From Macrostomum lignano (taxonomy: Eukaryota): 64,000 nucleotides of DNA. Of this stretch, positions 12,237-25,325 are shown piece by piece; the first letter of the stretch is position 1; each line of letters begins with the position of its first letter. The stretch lies in NCBI GenBank assembly GCA_002269645.1, contig NIVC01002298.1:62001-126000 (forward strand), written 5' to 3'. The notes beneath the pieces were generated by a model. It was given only the letters and a program-made list of their open reading frames with translations, did not search any database and had not been told where the DNA came from. Position numbers and translations under genes: made by a program.

Positions 12237-15200
12237 ATGCTGTCTCACGCGCACTACCGACTGGCGGACACAGCAGCTCCCGCTATGCAGCCCGAGAATG
12301 GCACTGCTGCCGCCACAGAGCTGGACGAATTCGGCGGTGGCCTCAACGGAGCCGGTGGTGGCGGCATGACAGATCCCGGACCTGCGAATGGGCGTAAGTT
12401 TTATGCTGAACTATTTACAGTTTATATTGAATCTGAAAATCTCAGCTAGAGTAGAGAAGCTGGGAATCTACCGTTTTTGTCCAACAACTTTTCTCGCTTA
12501 CTCATAGTCATACTGAAGTGCTTGTACTCATGCCCTTCTGCTCACCCACAGTGTCTGAACTTCTTTCAATAATAGTTCAGTAAGTTCACCGTGTCTGACC
12601 CCCTTCCAGTTCACTGTTCACCCACAATGTCTGACCCCCTTCCAGTTCACTGTTCACCCACAATGTCTGACCCCCTTCCAGTTCACCCATAGTGTCTGAT
12701 GACCCCCTTACCAATCCACAGGTTCTGACCCCCTTCCAGTTCACCCATAGTGTCTGACCCCTTCCAGTTCACTGTTCACCCACAATGTCTGACCCCCTTC
12801 CAGTTCACTGTACTGTTCACCCACAATGTCTGACCTCTTTCCAGTTCACCCATAGTTCTGACCCCCCTTACCAATTCACAGGTTCTGACCCCCTTCCAGT
12901 TCACCCATAGTTCTGACCCCCCTTTCCAATTCACACAGTGTCTGACCCCCTTCTGTTCACCAGTGCCTGACCCCCCTTCTGTTCACCCAGTGTCTGACCC
13001 CCCTTCTGTTCACCCAGTGTCTGACCCCCCTTCTGTTCACCCAGTGCCTGACCCCCTTGGCCAGGTCTGATTCATAGATTTTGTCAGCAAAATTCAAATG
13101 AGATGTGTGCTAAATAACAATAGAATTTATGCTTCACAAGGCAATTTGCTTGTTTTAATGCCATGCATATTGCATTATGTTCTGTCCAGGGCCCCAGACC
13201 TTCATTGGCCATAACTATGGCAATAAATTCAGTAAATAATATACTTATGTTTTGTATATACCAACTTAATTTGCAAAATTTATATAAAACAGACCCTTGT
13301 GGCAGTAAAGCAGGTATATATTTATAGTTTTGCTTTCGTGAATAATTGTGGCTAGCTGAGGTGGGTGAACCAGTGAGGCATGACTTGTAATCTGGTGGTA
13401 GTATGAATCATTTTGACTATTGCAAATGCAAATTATGCATAATCTTTCTTTACTATGCACTATGCTGTGCCTGTGCCCAGTCCACTGCTGGGCGGATCAC
13501 TTCTGACTGGATGGGGGGGGGTCATAAATCTACTTTTTATCTCACGGAGCAATAAATCTGCTAGTGTCCAATGAGTGCGCCTATGCTAGCACCCTGCTGG
13601 TGCCCTCACCTGGCGCCCCTCATATTTCCTAGCACTCTGGCGTCCCGCATATCCCCTGTTGGCGTCCCTCATATCCCCTGTTGGCGTCTCTCTCATCCCC
13701 TGTTGGTGTCCCTCATATCCCCTGTTGGCGTCCCTCATATCCCCTGTTGGCGTCTCTCTCATCCCTGTTGGCGTCTCTCTCATCCCTGTTGGCGTCCCTC
13801 TCATCCCTGTTGGCGTCTCTCTCATCCCCTGTTGGCGTCTCTCTCATCCCTGTTGGCGTCCCTCTCATCCCATGTTGGCGCCCCTCTCATCCCCTGTTGG
13901 CGCCCCTCTCATCCCCTGTTGGCGTCCCTCTCATCCCCTGTTGGCGTCCCTCATATCCCCTGTTGGCGTCCCTCATATCCCCTGTTGGCGTCCCTCAAAT
14001 CCCCTGTTGGCGTCTCTCATATCCCCTGTTGGCGTCTCTCTCATCCCCTGTTGGCGTCTCTCTCATCCCCTGTTGGCGTCCCTCATATCCCCTGTTGGCG
14101 TCTCTCTCATCCCCTGTTGGCGTCCCTCATATCCCCTGTTGGCGTCCCTCATATCCCCTGTTGGCGTCCCTCATATCCCCTGTTGGCGTCTCTCTCATCC
14201 CCTGTTGGCGTCCCTCATATCCCCTGTTGGCGTCCCTCATATCCCCTGTTGGCGTCTCTCTCATCCCTGTTGGCGTCCCTCATATCCCCTGTTGGCGCCC
14301 CTCATCCCCTGTTGGCGTCTCTCTCATCCCCTGTTGGCGTCCCTCTCATCCCTGTTGGCGTCCCTCTCATCCCCTGTTGGCGCCCCTCTCATCCCATGTT
14401 GGCGCCCCTCTCATCCCCTGTTGGCGCCCCTCTCATCCCCTGTTGGCGTCCCTCTCATCCCCTGTTGGCGTCCCTCATATCCCCTGTTGGCGTCCCTCAT
14501 ATCCCCTGTTGGCGTCCCTCATATCCCCTTTTGGCGTCTCTCATATCCCCTGTTGGCGTCTCTCTCATCCCCTGTTGGCGTCTCTCTCATCCCCTGTTGG
14601 CGCCCCTCTCATCCCCTGTTGGCGCCCCTCATCCCCTGTTGGCGTCTCTCTCATCCCCTGTTGGCGCCCCTCTCATCCCCTGTTGGCGCCCCTCTCATCC
14701 CCTGTTGGCGTCTCTCTCATCCCCTGTTGGCATCTCTCTCATCCCCTGTTGGCGCCCCTCTCATCCCCTGTTGGCGCCCCTCATCCCCTGTTGGCGTCCC
14801 TCTCATCCCCTGTTGGCGTCTCTCTCATCCCCTGTTGGCGCCCCTCTCATCCCCTGTTGGCGTCCCTCTCATCCCCTGTTGGCGTCTCTCTCATCCCCTG
14901 TTGGCGCCCCTCTCATCCCCTGTTGGCGCCCCTCTCATCCCCTGTTGGCGTCTCTCTCATCCCCTGTTGGCGCCCCTCTCATCCCCTGTTGGCGCCCCTC
15001 TCATCCCCTGTTGGCGTCTCTCTCATCCCCTGTTGGCGCCCTCTCCCCGCCCCTGTTGTGTTAGCGCCCTTTACACTCTGGCGCCAGGGTGGGGGCGCCA
15101 AAGTGGGGGGTACTAGAGTGGGGGCGGGGCGTCAGGGTGGCGGCGCCATAACCTTGGCGCCCCTCACACTCCCTGAGCGGCTCTTTAGCATATTGACCAC

Positions 15201-18200
15201 ATCTCATTTGGCCGAGGGAAATTTGACAAATGACAAACTTTCAACGCGATCTGATCATGCGGTCAGCCCGGTATGTGATGCCCGCACTGATGGTTATTGA
15301 GTTAGCAGACCCGCAGCCCTCCTGCAATGTTTGATCGATTGTAGCAATCAAATATCGAGACAATGGGGTCTGCCCAGCCTCTTATTGGCTTCCCCATCTC
15401 CGCCATATGATTGTCCTCCCCGTTTTTATTCATGATTGATGCATTTTGCATATTGAATACGTGAGATATTGAGCGCTGAGTTCAGCTGGGCCTGTCTTAA
15501 CTCCGAGAGTTGTTCGAGTCAGACACGGGAAATCCGAAGTGATTAATCGATTACATTGTCAATTGAGTCGCTTCTGTGGGAACCGCCGGGACAGCATCAC
15601 ATTTATCTCCCATTTTTGGTTGTAACTGCATGGATTAAAATGAGCGAATCGATGAATACTTTGGCATTTTCACTTGGGGATCTGAGTCTTCCTGGGGACC
15701 GCGGTGCCATTTGGGATCTCTGATCCTTCATCACGGGGTGTCATTTGGGATCTCTGATCCTTCATCATGGGGTGCCATTTGGGATCTCTGATCCTTCATC
15801 ATGGGGTGTCATTTGGGATCTCTGATCCTTCATCACGGGGTGTCATTTGGGATCTCTGATCCTTCATCATGGGGTGCCATTTGGGATCTCTGATCCTTCA
15901 CAGGGTGTCATTTGGGATCTCTGATCCTTCACGGGGTGTCATTTGGGATCTCTGATCCTTCATCACAGGGTGTCATTTGGGATCTCTGATCCTTCACGGG
16001 GTGTCATTTGGGATCTCTGATCCTTCATCATGGGGTGCCATCTGGGATCTCTGAGCCTCCATGGTGGTGCCATTTGGGATCTCTGAGAATTCACGGGGTG
16101 CCATTTGAGATCTATAATACTTAGTTCCTCCTATCTATGCTTAGGCTGCTGGACAAAAGTAAGACAAAAGGCGAATCAAGGCGAATCTGCACATTCAAAT
16201 TAAGGAGGAACTTGCAGTCAACTATAAAAATGTCTCCGATTTAGCTCCATCCCCTTCCATTGTAAACTAAATGCAAAATCCCCAAATTTCACCTGCGCTT
16301 TTAATGGGGGGGGAGATTGTTGGTTGGTTCGATGGGTTTTGCTCTCAAGGCTGAGGGGGAGCGCGAAGGTGCCCGGGTTAATTGGGGGGGGGGCATTTGG
16401 GATCTATGGCTTGGGAACTGCAGCGGCTTAATTAAAAGTGCCCACCCCTGCACCCCCGGCCCTACCAGTCTTCAGAGGGTCTTCAGCCTCCCGTTTCTCC
16501 TCCTCATCTCCCCTTTCTTCCCCACGGCGGCCGCCCTTCCTCTTCATCGCGAAGAACGAGGGGGCAGGGAAGGCATTAGCGGCTTAATTGCCAAGGGGTG
16601 TTGGTATTTGTCCTGCGGCTCGCCTGCGGAGGAGTCGAGCTTATTTTTAAAGCGAAAGGAAATAATAATATATGGAGCGGGTGAAACTCGATGGGGAGTT
16701 AATATTTGCCTCTGCATATTTAATAAACTCTTGGCCCGATGATTGAGGCTGGACCGGTGGGCCTTAATTAAAAACTTATTTATCCCCTCCGCTGCCACCA
16801 TCTGATCCCCTTGCTGCCGCACCTGGTTAACATAAACTGCAGTTCGCGGACATCGCTGCATACTGCAGGGAAGGATGAGGCGCCCCCCAGCGGCAGTGCA
16901 GTTTGTATGCTCAGTTTGCAATCAGCTGGCTCACAGGGGATCGGGGGATTAATAAAAGTCCGACAATCCTGCAGCAGCCGCTGGGGATTTGCAGATGATT
17001 CTGAATTTCTGAGTATAGCGATGACTTGCATGTACAAAATTCGTTTATTATCGGATTAGCAATAGCGCTGGGATTTCGGCTTTGGGATTCCCGCGGCGTG
17101 CATGTTTTAATGCTCCATTTGAGGCTGGCTGTATAGAAAGTATTAAAAATGAAAAGGTAATATAGGGATTATACCTGGTAATTCTATCAATTACAGCCAT
17201 GCCCTGACTAGCAGGCCTGTCTGCTTGCATACAGCATGTTTAAGGAAGAACAAGCGTGCTGCAGCTGAAGCGGGAGCCCACAGCCGGCCCTAATTCAGAA
17301 CTGGGCCAGACGGAGGCTGAATTTATCGATTGCAGGTTGCAATTTAAAACTTTTGCGCACAAGACGGACCGGTGTAGACTTGGAAATTTAAGGCAAATTT
17401 GCCCTACGCAAATGGCTGCGGCGGCGGTTCTCCCACAAGGCCAAATCCCTAAAGAAGAAAATCAGCTGAGAGCACAGGATGCCATGTAGTCTAGCTGGCT
17501 TGCCAGGTAACTAAATTAAAAATTATATAATGAATGATGTTAAGGTGAAAAGAACAGTCAACAATGGCGAAAAGCGAAAATTGCCTCCTACAGTTGCCAC
17601 TCTCAGGCCAGCGCAGGCGCAGGCAGCGGTTAACAAGTTAACAACTAGCAGCAGCCGGTGCTGAAGCAATTATTGGCCCAATTTGCTGCTGCTTTTCGCC
17701 ACCAAGGCAAACAAAAACGCAAGCGGACTCGTGGGGGGGGGGCAGGCAGGCAAAGCAGGCCAGTCGCAGAAAGAAGCTGCGTGCATTGGATTAGGAGCTT
17801 AGGGATAAGGTAGGGCAGCTATTTTCTAAGTCCTGAATACGATGGGAGCCCCCTTAGCTGGACCCGTTTCCCTTTCCAATAACCAATCCAACCAAACCAA
17901 TGAATTGAGAGCGCTGAGCTGACTGACGACTGCTTGCTGGACTGGATTTGCAGGGTGGGGTCTTGAAGGAGGGTGGCTGGGGTCGTCATTTAATTGCGAT
18001 TTGACCAGTTTGTTTACCCGACTTGGTCTTGGGCTGGGGTGGCTTTGGTTCGCCTGTTGTGTGTTGGCTTGATGGTCTGGAGAACCCCCCCCCCTCAAGC
18101 CCCGCAAATCCACAAACATAGAGGGAGGGGGTGAAGGAGGACACATCACAATTGCAGAGCTATTAATTAGGCCTGTTTATTCTGCCATCAGCCAGCCAGC

Positions 18201-21200
18201 CGTCCCCGAGTCTGAGCAAACAGTTGTGATAAAATGAATTTTGTCGCCTTTAATAGGGGGCCGGGTTGGCTTATTCTGTACGCGGCGGGCTAATTAATTG
18301 CTTCGCGCCAATGTACACTAAGTCAGTGTACACGCATTCACGCGAGTGTACATTGGATAAGCCTTATCAATCTATACAGCTCCGTCAGCTCGTAACAGCG
18401 CGCGCTTGCGAGAGAAATTTTAAAAGTTCCTCAAAGTCGGCCGTTGACGAAGCATAGATTACGCTTTCTAGGCTCGAACTTACGAAGCAGCTTATGCGAG
18501 AAAAATCGCAAGTCAAGGAGGAGGACTGGACTGGGTAGGACCGAACAACAGCCAAACCAGAGCCTTGTCTTTCTCCTGTCTCACTCCCCGGGAGCCTAAT
18601 GATGCTAATTAAAAATTTCGTAGGAGTCAGCGGCTTAGGTTTGGTAGGCTGGACGCCAGTGAGCGAGGTTAATAAAGCAGGGCTACTGGGAAAGAGGCCT
18701 CGGCCTGTGGGAGGGGAGTGGGGAGGCCAGCGGACGGGAGGTCAATACTTAATTAGACACAGAAGGGCTGCTTCTCCCATCTCCCAACCCCGGCGCTCCT
18801 CGCCTCCCCAAATCTTCTCCGTTGCTCCTCCCAATCTTGGCCATCGGGCCGAGACGTGTGTCTTAATTGATGTCGAAATAATTGCATGAAATGCTACAGA
18901 TTGGGATTGGGGCGACACAGATGAGCGCGAGGGAAATGAGAGGGAGAAACAGGAGAGAGAAAAGTGGAGTTTTCTTCTGCTCCCTTCCTGCAAGAATTCT
19001 CCCAAACCGAAGGCCTCCAAATCCTCTATTGCTTACTTCCTTTTGCCAACCTCATTTGCCTCTCGACTCTCACTCTCCTCTTGCCTCCCCAATTCTCCCC
19101 TTTTTCTTATATTTTTTCTCCACTCTCTCTTTACTTTCAATTACTTTCTCGCCGCCCAGTTGCAAGCCCGACCGTCCGTGTAATTAATGTTTCCAACTGC
19201 CCCCCCCCCGAGTCCCCTCTTGACGTCTCCACACTTCTCTCCCGCTGGCCTCCGCTCTCCGACCCTCTCTCGGCTGCTGCTCTATTTTTTACGCAGACCC
19301 CCCTCACCTTCGGTTTCTGCCATCCATCCTAGGAGAGTCTCCTCTGCTACCTGACTGTGCGCTGCAGCCTCTTTCAAATTAACGCAATTAGTATCAGGTT
19401 ACGCAGGCGAAAGTCGGGAAGGCGACGAGGCGCGCGCAGATAAATGAGCGAATAGGGGGGGGGTGTTTGTACGAGGGCCGGGCGAGTGTCAGGTGGGAGT
19501 GGGAGGCAGGGGAGACGCACAGGGGCAAACTTAAAAACACAACCAGCTGGATAGGCGGAGGACAGCCGCCGGAAAATTGCTTCAATTACAGCTTCTGCAT
19601 AATTCCCCCCCCTCGCCCGCGATGGCCTGCTTCTTCTCTTCTTGTGCCTCTTTTTGCTTCGTAATTTGCCTGCGTCATTCTCTGCCTTTTTATTCTCTTT
19701 ATCCTGATGTCCTGGGATAATTATTATTCCTCACATTTCCACTGTTTGCCCCAGCGAAATCGAAAGCTCCTATGCTTGAGCCTGCATGCAGATGCCCTGT
19801 ACTTTACGAATGTAAACATCTGCAGGAGGGCTTCGGGCACCCTGGTGCTCGCACTCATACGCATGCTCACACAGGGTGTACAACAGCCCTGAATTTCATG
19901 TACACTCTCTGTGACTTGGGGGTGGGCCCTCATGTAGCCGTGGATCACACGACAACCCACCAGACGCGAGTCGTATGCGCTTACCACTGAGCTGCTCGGC
20001 CCCCAATCATGTACTATCATGTACTATCATCTACTATCGTGTTATCATGTACTATCATGTACTATCATGTACATCATGTACTATCATGTACTATCATGTA
20101 CTAAGGATCAACAGAAACTCCCAACGCCTCCACCCCCGCAGGCCACCCAGCGCACCACACGGCCGCCGTGATGTCGATGTCAGCCGGAGTGGCCTGGTGC
20201 GCGGGCTGCGGCTGCCAGATCACCGAGCAGTTCCTGCTGCAGGCCGTCGACCGCTGCTGGCACACCCGCTGCCTGAAGTGCTACCAGTGCGGCTGCGCCC
20301 TGTGCGACCTGGGCGACTCCTGCTACTCGCGCGGCGGCATGATCCTGTGCAGGAATGACTATCTCAAGTGAGTTGGCGGCCTGCTCGAGAGAGGGTGAGG
20401 AGTTGAGAGCAAGAGACGGAGGGAGAGGGAGGCTGAGAAAGTAAGTGCACAAACGGAAGGCACAAGGTCTAATAAGAGAAAGACAAATAGGAGAGAGAAA
20501 AGCCTAGTTTGACTACCGTCTACCGATATGTATCGTAGTTAACTAGTGAAGCAGGCGAATTCAATTCGAATCCCAGTTTTGCGTACAGTTTTATTCTCAG
20601 GCCGCACGCACTCAGATCCTCAAATCGAATTTCAATCCCAAAGTCAGAGTGGAGCAGCAGCATAAAAGGGGTGAGAGAAGGCAACTGTTGGGTGGGCCCT
20701 GAGCAAATGGATGATGGAGTTAGGCTGAACGCGGGAGTCAGATAAAGCTCCGCATATAAGTGAATTCCGAGAAAACTCCCCTCTCAGCTACGTGACATGT
20801 TTTGATGGAGCTCGCGGCGGAGGGAGGCTGGGGGATGGAGCAAGGCCTTCCCGGCAATTAACTTTAATGATGCCTGCCCGGCCATTGACTCGCGTATAAA
20901 TTGGGTGTATAAAATGTATGTCTATCGCAACCGAGGCCTAATTGCCCGCGTAATAATTACGCTAATTATATTAGAACCCGTATATATATATATATATATG
21001 TGTGCATATATATAAAATTCAGGCCTGCCCCAGCCCCAGCCTGCCCTGCTGGTAATTTTGCTGATGACTTCGTTGTGTGCCGTGTGTGGGTGGGGGCTGA
21101 GAGGCTGAGCTGGTGGGTGCGTTATCTCGCCACCGCAATAATGGCCCCCGGGCCGCCCAGCGCCCCCTCGATTGCTGATAACGGGCCCTGCAATCTTCAA

Positions 21201-22740
21201 TTCGGTCTATTGTGTGATTTATTTGTTCTACCTGCAACGCTGCAATAGGCTGGGCGCAATCTTTTTTAGAATTATACAATATCTGATTATATCTGTTTTG
21301 AGTGAGATATCCGTGCAATCAGGCCTTTCCGGGAAAAAACTATTTTAAGTGCTCTCCTGAAGTATAACAACAAACAGCTGTTCCTTCTGGCCAATTAATT
21401 TATTTTATCAGTTATCCGCCATAAATCTTTGCAATTTTCCTTAGCCCCCCTCCCCACCCCACACTCCACTAGCCGATTTTTCATAGTCGCATTGTCATGA
21501 AAATGCGTAAATGGCACGTAATTTCCAAGGCATTTTATGTGTCCTCTAACCGTTCGCAAAATAAATTAGTCTGACTATTGTAACAGCGCTAATAAATAAA
21601 AGGCTCATAAAAAGTAACTTTGGGCAAGACTTTCAAGCACAAATAAAGCTCATCTGATGAGACCCTAGCACAGCCCAGCCGCCCCAAGCCCCTCCCCGAT
21701 AAGATCCTAACACAACACAGCCACCCCAAACCCCTCCCCGATAAGATCCTAACACAACACAGCCACCCCAAACCCCTCCCCGATAAGATCCTAACACAAC
21801 ACAGCCACTCCAAACCCCTCCCCGATAAGACCCTAACACAACACAGCCACCCAAACCCCTCCCCGATAAGATCCTAACACAACACAGCCACCCCAAACCC
21901 CTCCCCGATAAGATCCTAACACAACACAGCCACCCCAAACCCCTCCCCGATAAGACCCTAACACAACACAGCCACTCCAAACCCCTCCCCGATAAGACCC
22001 TAACACAACACAGCCACCCAAACCCCTCCCCGATAAGATCCTAACACAACACAGCCACCCCAAACCCCTCCCCGATAAGATCCTAACACAACACAGCCAC
22101 CCCAAACCCCTCCCCGATAAGACCCTAACACAACACAGCCACTCCAAACCCCTCCCCGATAAGACCCTAACACAACACAGCCACCCAAACCCCTCCCCGA
22201 TAAGATCCTAACACAACACAGCCACTCCAAACCCCTCCCCGATAAGACCCTAACACAACACAGCCACCCAAACCCCTCCCCGCTAAGACCCTAACACAAA
22301 ACAGCCACTCCAAACCAATCCCCTCAGACGCTTGTAAAATCAACCAACGCACAACCTCATCGATTCTTCAGGATGTTCGGCAGCCAAGGCACCTGCTTCG
22401 GCTGCTCGTCGCCCATTTCCGCCACTGAGTTCGTGCTGCGATCCCACAACAAAGTTTACCACGTGAATTGCTTTGTCTGCTCGCACTGCCACTCGCAGCT
22501 GCAGCCGGGGACCGCTACGCCATCGCCAACGGCCTGCCAGTCTGCGAGGGTGACTTCCCCAAGGTTTTTGGCGCACAGCAGCAGCAGCAGCCGGCTGGGC
22601 AAGCGACAACCGGCAACAAGCGTGGCGGCGGCAAGAAAAAGCAGCCAACGCAGAAACAACAACAACAGCAACAACAGCAACAACAACAACAGCAGCAGTC
22701 AGCAGCCAATCAGAGCGGGCAATTGCAGTCAGTTTGCTAG
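12237..22740 (+). CDS. LMO4: LIM-only protein, LMO4-like (two LIM domains, poly-Q tail); 1-nt frameshift in exon 3 as assembled
   Basis: Exons 12237-12393 (AAAAATG; donor GTAAGT), 20142-20367 and 22372-22740 with matching phases 1 and 2. LIM1 is CAGCGCQITEQFLLQAVDRCWHTRCLKCYQCGCALCDLGDSCYSRGGMILCRNDY. LIM2 is MFGSQGTCFGCSSPISATEFVLRSHNKVYHVNCFVCSHCHSQLQPG/DRYAIANGLPVCEGD, split across two frames at the G run 22507-22510. Exon 1 is less certain than exons 2-3. Confidence 0.85.
12590..13060. repeat. Degenerate ~25-35 bp minisatellite (TGTCTGACCCCCTTCCAGTTCAC...) in LMO intron 1
   Basis: Visible tandem units. Confidence 0.85.
13650..15050. repeat. ~22-bp minisatellite (TCATCCCCTGTTGGCGTCTCTC) in LMO intron 1
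   Basis: About 1.4 kb tandem array; the unit lacks stops on +, giving three overlapping ~500-aa pseudo-ORFs. Confidence 0.95.
15700..16110. repeat. 31-34 bp minisatellite (ATTTGGGATCTCTGATCCTTCATCACGGGGTGTC)
   Basis: About 12 visible units. Confidence 0.9.
20028..20100. repeat. 10-bp repeat (CATGTACTAT) just upstream of LMO exon 2
   Basis: Visible tandem units. Confidence 0.85.
21660..22320. repeat. ~42-bp minisatellite (CCCAAACCCCTCCCCGATAAGATCCTAACACAACACAGCCAC) in LMO intron 2
   Basis: About 15 units ending ~50 nt before the exon 3 acceptor. Confidence 0.95.
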
Positions 22741-23569
22741 TCTACTGTTCCCGCACTGAGTCAGATTCACCTCTCAAAAAAGGCGGACTGAAGCCCACCC
22801 TGTCATGCACGCCATAGCAGGCTGCAGCACGATAAAGGCTTGGCGTGGGCCAATCAGAGAGCAAAAACTGACTGAAAATGCGCTTTTTGAAAGTGATTGT
22901 TGACTTTGCTAAGAGCACTTCATTCCCCGATAAAGCTTACTGTAAGATTTTGTATACCGTACACTGTATCTCCACCACTCGCCATGTACACAATGGACTC
23001 AAAACCCTTGTACCGAAGCTGTTAATTGTCTTATTCTTACCAATTAAATTCTCCTTATAATTTGCCTCCTTTGTTAACTCTGTTCGCTCGAGGCGCAAGG
23101 AGCTTGTCCTATCTGTACATATATTTGTTCGTGTTGACTTTGTGCTAATTATGTAGGTCTAAATTTATAAAAAAAATCGGTTTAGTACAAGGCGTAATTC
23201 GTGTTTTATGAATACAACGTACGTAAACTCATTGTTTTGTCTTTTTTGGCATGCTCTGCCTAGTTGATGTAAAAAGATAAAATATGTTTCCTCTTCTACA
23301 TCGATCATTTATTAGTTGCCTGTTTTTCGCAATATCGCGTTTCAATTGGTAAATTTGCAAGGGAAATTTCAGATTAATAATCATCTTTTTGAGCTTTCGA
23401 GCCTCGCAAACTTGTTGCGCATTATTTTCTTCGCTCATTAACATGTTATTAGAGCAAATACACAAATACAGTAGCGAATCGCGATTGAATTTCAGATTGG
23501 ATGAAAACATTTTTTCTTGCACTAAATGTTATTTTAGTTGTTGATAATGGCCATTGAAGAGCCATACAA

Positions 23570-24000
23570 TCAATCTAGCACAACACAGCCACCCCAAACC
23601 CCTTAGCCGATAATACCCTAGCACAGCATAGCTACCCCAATACCCTGCCCGATAAGACCCTAGCACAATAGCCAACCAAACCCCTCCCTGATAAGACCCT
23701 AGCACAACACAGCCACCCCAAACCCCTCTCCGATAAGACGCTAGCACAACACAGCCACCCCAAACCCCTTCCCCGATAAGACCCTAACACAACACAACCA
23801 CCCCAAACCCCTTCCCCGATAAGACCCTAGCACAACACAGCCACCCCAAACCCCTTCCCCGATAAGACCCTAACACAACACAACCACCCTCAAACTCCTC
23901 CCCGATAAGATCCTAGCACAACACAGCCACCCAAACTGCTCCCCGATAAGACCGTAGCACAACACAACCAACCCTAAACTCCTCCTTGATAAGGCCTTGT
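23570..24000. repeat. Second, more diverged array of the same ~42-bp minisatellite downstream of LMO
   Basis: CACAACACAGCCACCCCAAACCCCTTCCCCGATAAGACCCTAG units, same orientation as 21660-22320. Confidence 0.9.
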
Positions 24001-25069
24001 GCACAGCCCAGTCACCCCATTTACGACGCTAGCACATAACAGGCACACCAAACCCCTGTCCGATATGACCATTACACAGTCCACTACCCGAAACCCTCTC
24101 CGATAGCAAAGCCCAGCCAACAAAAAACTTTTTCAAAGAACTTCACATGTATATCGTTCCAGTCGAACAAAAACTTTCAAGAATAGCCATTAGCCATCCC
24201 TCATCTTGTTTGCTTTACAATAAAGTTCAAGCAAACTGGTTTTACCAGACAGCAATTTCTTGCAGGCTTAATAAAGCTGTATTTAAGCAATCTGCAACGC
24301 GACTAATTGATTGTTTAATTAGCTTTCCTTTCACCCTTTCTTTATTAATTGGCTAATCCAATTTGTATTGAGTCCACTCTCGGGGACGAGTACTGACCCG
24401 CAGTGCAAGGCTCTTTAGCAGAAGAGGAAGGCAATTCAGTCAGTCTCAACCTTGCCTTTTGCCCCATGTATCTAACTCTGCAGTGTGTGCAGTGTGATAA
24501 TATTTACCAGAAGACAAACGCTAATTAGAGAGTAAGGGAGAGAAAATGCGAGACCCAGAGCAGACTGATGACAGGGGTGGAGCTCGCTAATATCTACTAT
24601 AGCTAGCAGTCACACAATCAGCCTGTGAGTCCACCTGCGATTCAGCCGAGCTCCTGCTCATGCCCCTGTTCAACAATACAACGTTAGCACAAGTCACTCT
24701 CTGGTCTCTGCCTTCCTCTCCACACTTTACTCTATTCTCCTTTTCTCTAATCTTCTCTCCTCTCCTCTCTTCTCTCTCTTTCCCGCCATCTGCCATCAGT
24801 CTCTTCTATGATTAACTCCATTTATCGCACTCCTGCATGCGTCCTCGATATTCTACCCTCTCATCTGCTCCCACTCTCTCACAGTTCTCGCATTTCACAC
24901 TTTATTGACCCAACAAAATTTGTTCACTTACTCTGGTTTGTTCTCAAATGGCCTTAATTGCCGAACAATCTGCTGCAAAGAATCCACCCACACACGGCGA
25001 TGGTGCAGTGAGAATTCGCGTTTGGAGCCAATTTACTCATCTGCACCAGGACATTGTCTCAGTGACACT

Positions 25070-25325
25070 ACCAGTGACTATTCAGTGACTATTCAGTGGC
25101 CATCCAATGACACTCGCAGTGACTATTCAGTGACTATTCAGTGACTATTCAGTGACTATTCAGTGACTATTCAGTGACTATTCAGTGACTATTCAGTGAC
25201 TATTCAGTGACTATTCAGTGACTATTCAGTGACTATTCAGTGACTATTCAGTGACTATTCAGTGACTATTCAGTGACTATTCAGTGACTATTCAGTGACT
25301 ATCCAGTGACACTCGCAGTGACTAT
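25070..25325. repeat. 11-bp minisatellite (CAGTGACTATT)
   Basis: About 20 near-perfect units. Confidence 0.95.

Noticed and set aside
13571-15300. Three overlapping ~500-aa ORFs
   Set aside because: The ~22-bp unit lacks stops in all + frames; located in LMO intron 1.
21653-21680. CTGATGAG, resembling a hammerhead ribozyme core
   Set aside because: No stem II or downstream GAAA; it runs directly into the 42-bp array. Other CTGATGA hits (9104, 12695, minus 7836, minus 53749) also lack the fold.
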